Position numbers and translations under genes: made by a program. This document shows positions 25,620-25,871 of a DNA stretch of 25,871 nucleotides, piece after piece (the first letter of the stretch is position 1; each line of letters starts with the position of its first letter). Under the pieces are notes generated by a model. It was not told the DNA's origin. It was given only the letters and a program-made list of their open reading frames with translations, and did not search any database. This stretch comes from a virus (Duplodnaviria > Caudoviricetes): positions 1 through 25,871 of IMG/VR virus record IMGVR_UViG_3300017777_004452; one strand, 5' to 3'.

Positions 25620-25871
25620 TGTGCTGAGTGTTTGACTCAGCCCCATTGCGGAACGGTGCGATACCCGGTCCAGACTTGGGCGTCAAAGGCAACTGTTAAC
25701 TTAAGGCAGTAAATGGTTTGGGCTCTGTGAAAAAGCAACCCATGCTCGTAGGATTTAGATCTATTCTGGATTACTAGGGTTCCGTTGATATGTGAAGCTA
25801 GAGTAGGGGGTACCGGTCAACCGCCTCCGTGTGTGCAAACACAATCTCTTTAGAATAGATGACTGCGGTCA
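25620..25871 (+). ncRNA. Putative large structured non-coding RNA of unknown class, truncated at the window edge
   Basis: There is no credible ORF: stops occur in all six frames within 25760-25871. GC is about 48% by hand count (116/240 over 25621-25860). It has many stems, including a GCAA tetraloop hairpin, and G-U pairs that favour the plus strand. Confidence 0.6.

Noticed and set aside
25623-25641. Hairpin after the GIY-YIG stop as a rho-independent terminator
   Set aside because: It is followed by CCC rather than a U-tract, so it is better explained as part of the larger RNA.
25762-25800. ATTCTGGATT resembles the 5' part of enterobacterial tmRNA
   Set aside because: There is no GGGG acceptor-stem start, no following CGAC, and no tag reading frame. 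A 10-nt match is not sufficient.
25182-25871. Group I intron carrying the GIY-YIG ORF
   Set aside because: No interrupted host gene or 5' intron structure lies upstream (the radical SAM gene ends 9 nt before the ATG), and I see no P7/J8-7 consensus in the window. It is not fully excluded because the region is truncated.
1-25871. Alternative genetic code (stop-codon reassignment, as in some large phages)
   Set aside because: Long genes are intact in the standard code, and TAA, TGA and TAG (gp55) all end genes at sensible boundaries.
1-25871. CRISPR array, tRNA, diversity-generating retroelement, transposase or integrase
   Set aside because: I saw no spaced direct repeats, cloverleaf, reverse transcriptase or recombinase motifs by eye.

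Overview
This looks like a 25.9-kb fragment of a large T4-related (myovirus or jumbo-like) phage genome with two divergent blocks. Positions 1-17924 (minus strand) hold a contractile-tail/baseplate operon: a tube-initiator-like gene, gp53/LysM-like, hub-like, gp5/VgrG-like spike, a Gly/Ala-rich protein, gp25, gp6-like, and a >2019-aa virion protein that runs off the left edge and is missing from the ORF track. Positions 18034-25610 (plus strand) hold the T4-type gp55 (late sigma), gp47 (Mre11) and gp46 (Rad50) genes. These are interleaved with two probable accessory inserts (a radical SAM enzyme with an N-terminal SPASM-like domain; a minimal SDR plus a second radical SAM enzyme) and followed by a stand-alone SegE-like GIY-YIG nuclease. 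The best candidate for an undescribed system is the GIY-YIG gene plus the >=250-nt GC-rich, apparently non-coding, heavily base-paired and possibly pseudoknotted RNA that starts just after its stop codon and is cut by the window edge. Other notable signals are a bipartite late-promoter motif present twice with identical spacing, an enlarged gp55, matched duplications on both arms of the Rad50 coiled coil, probable leaderless mRNAs, and a 21-codon ORF at the gp47/radical SAM junction. All family calls come from motif recognition by eye; no searches or folding programs were run.
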